A stretch of 64,000 nucleotides of DNA, from the IMG/VR virus record IMGVR_UViG_3300010356_002264; one strand, written 5' to 3'. The position numbers and the translations under genes were made by a program. The notes beneath the pieces are model-generated. The model saw nothing but the letters and a program-made list of their open reading frames with translations, had not been told where the DNA came from and did not search any database. This document shows, one piece after another, positions 63,092 through 64,000 of this stretch; within the stretch, counting starts at the first letter, position 1, and each line of letters starts with the position of its first letter. The stretch comes from a virus. Taxonomy: Duplodnaviria; Caudoviricetes.

Positions 63092-63286
63092 CTACGCCTT
63101 GGTCTTGGGTGGGGACATCCTGTGGCTGAGGCGGTGAATGAACCGCAGGACCTGCGCGGTTGAGTCCTCACCTGGCAGGGGGTTGTTGAAGGTGTCGATC
63201 GCGAGGGCCGCCACATCAAAGATCGGGTCCCGCGAGGGTTTTGGTTGGTCCGGGGCCTCGTAGATCACCTTGGGGTCCTTGCTCAC
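63092..63286 (-). CDS. small hypothetical protein
   Basis: GTGA overlap with the ATPase stop; SD GGGGAGG. Confidence 0.6.
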   Translation of the reverse strand: MSKDPKVIYEAPDQPKPSRDPIFDVAALAIDTFNNPLPGEDSTAQVLRFIHRLSHRMSPPKTKA

Positions 63287-64000
63287 GAGAACCTCCCCTT
63301 CAGCGCGACGCGCACCTCCTCTAGGTACCCCGGCGTGAGCTCGATGTAGTGCGCGTCGGGGATGTCGGTCGCGAACACGCTGTGCGTGGCGCAGATCACC
63401 TGGAGGTTCTTGTCCTGCATGATGCGCGGCATTGCGCCCCAGAGGCGGGCCTGCATGTCGAGGTCTAGCGACTGGTCGGGCTCGTCGAGGATCACCGTGT
63501 AGGGGCCTGCCGGGATCTGCGGGGTGAACAGCTTCTCCCGCATCTTGCGCACGCGGTTGGCCCAGAGGTCGTTGACGCCCTGCTCGGTGACCCTCCAGTC
63601 GATCATGGGCCACTCAGGAACAGGGGGCGCGGCGGCCCCACGCCGCATGAGAGGCGTCCGCCCAGTTGGCTCTGAGGGCTGCGCCTTGGGGCGCGCGATC
63701 GTCATGTACTGCGAGAGCGCGCGGTCCAGCAGGCCCATCTGGTTCTGTCCTGAGCTTCCCTTCTGGTTCATGGTGAGGAACCCCTCGAAGAAGAAGTCGT
63801 CGTCGAACCCTCCGAGGCTCAACCCATAACGGGTGCCGGCCGACGCGGTCACGGTGGCTTGCGCATCGTGCTCAAGAAGCAGGCCGAAGTTATCCTCCTC
63901 ATCCGCCCCAAAGCCGGGGAAGAAGGCGCGGATCGCATCCTCGGTCACCACGCTCCGCCCGCCCTGCTCGGAGCAGGTGAGGCGAGAGAGCGCCTTGAGG
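63283..64000 (-). CDS. ABC/AAA_21-type ATPase, C-terminal part (5' end outside window)
   Basis: Signature SSGQ, Walker B/D-loop VILDEPDQSLD, H-loop QVICATHS. Confidence 0.85.
   Translation of the reverse strand, partial: LKALSRLTCSEQGGRSVVTEDAIRAFFPGFGADEEDNFGLLLEHDAQATVTASAGTRYGLSLGGFDDDFFFEGFLTMNQKGSSGQNQMGLLDRALSQYMTIARPKAQPSEPTGRTPLMRRGAAAPPVPEWPMIDWRVTEQGVNDLWANRVRKMREKLFTPQIPAGPYTVILDEPDQSLDLDMQARLWGAMPRIMQDKNLQVICATHSVFATDIPDAHYIELTPGYLEEVRVALKGRFS

Noticed and set aside
119-63829. Many long alternative-frame and antisense ORFs (e.g. 2957..4864 -, 9380..10903 -, 25559..26848 +, 48473..50029 +)
   Set aside because: Arg/Pro/Gly-rich shadow ORFs expected at this GC content, overlapping better-supported genes.
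1-64000. CRISPR array, tRNA genes, DGR, IS elements, integrase
   Set aside because: No regularly spaced repeats, cloverleafs, reverse transcriptase, transposase or recombinase motifs were seen by eye. tRNAscan and CRISPR finders were not run.

Overview
High-GC (roughly 68-70% by eye) segment of a large tailed phage genome, probably a jumbo myovirus. The host is unknown; the Cys-rich lipoproteins look myxobacterial, which is only an inference. The left part (about 1-21 kb) holds an RNA-repair locus and a replication/modification module. The RNA-repair locus is a ~330-nt structured non-coding RNA, rtcB, and an HNH-RNA ligase fusion. The replication module has a SNF2 helicase, a DnaC-like loader, DnaB, a stand-alone primase zinc finger, a family A DNA polymerase with a Zn-ribbon insertion, an apparently split beta-class methyltransferase and a Dam-like methyltransferase. 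The middle (about 21-32 kb) is accessory: lipoproteins, a GT2 glycosyltransferase, an HTH fused to a degenerate ABC ATPase, a CDF metal transporter, a KptA/Tpt1 RNA 2'-phosphotransferase and a collagen-like protein. The right part (about 32-61 kb, minus strand) is five very large putative baseplate/tail genes interrupted by separately promoted inserts (BCS1-like AAA ATPase, histone-deacetylase-family enzyme, double-HNH homing endonuclease). Main new signals: (1) a promoter-like motif CAGCTC-N18-CGAC-N8 lying exactly 36 nt upstream of 15 start codons, plus a second GGGTA-N8-11-start class, implying widespread leaderless transcription; (2) these motifs bracket a fully nested, GGA-rich ncRNA just upstream of rtcB; (3) three chemically different RNA end-repair enzymes in one window; (4) a second hairpin-dense intergenic element at about 61.0-61.3 kb. 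I saw no tRNA, rRNA, CRISPR array, integrase or transposase.
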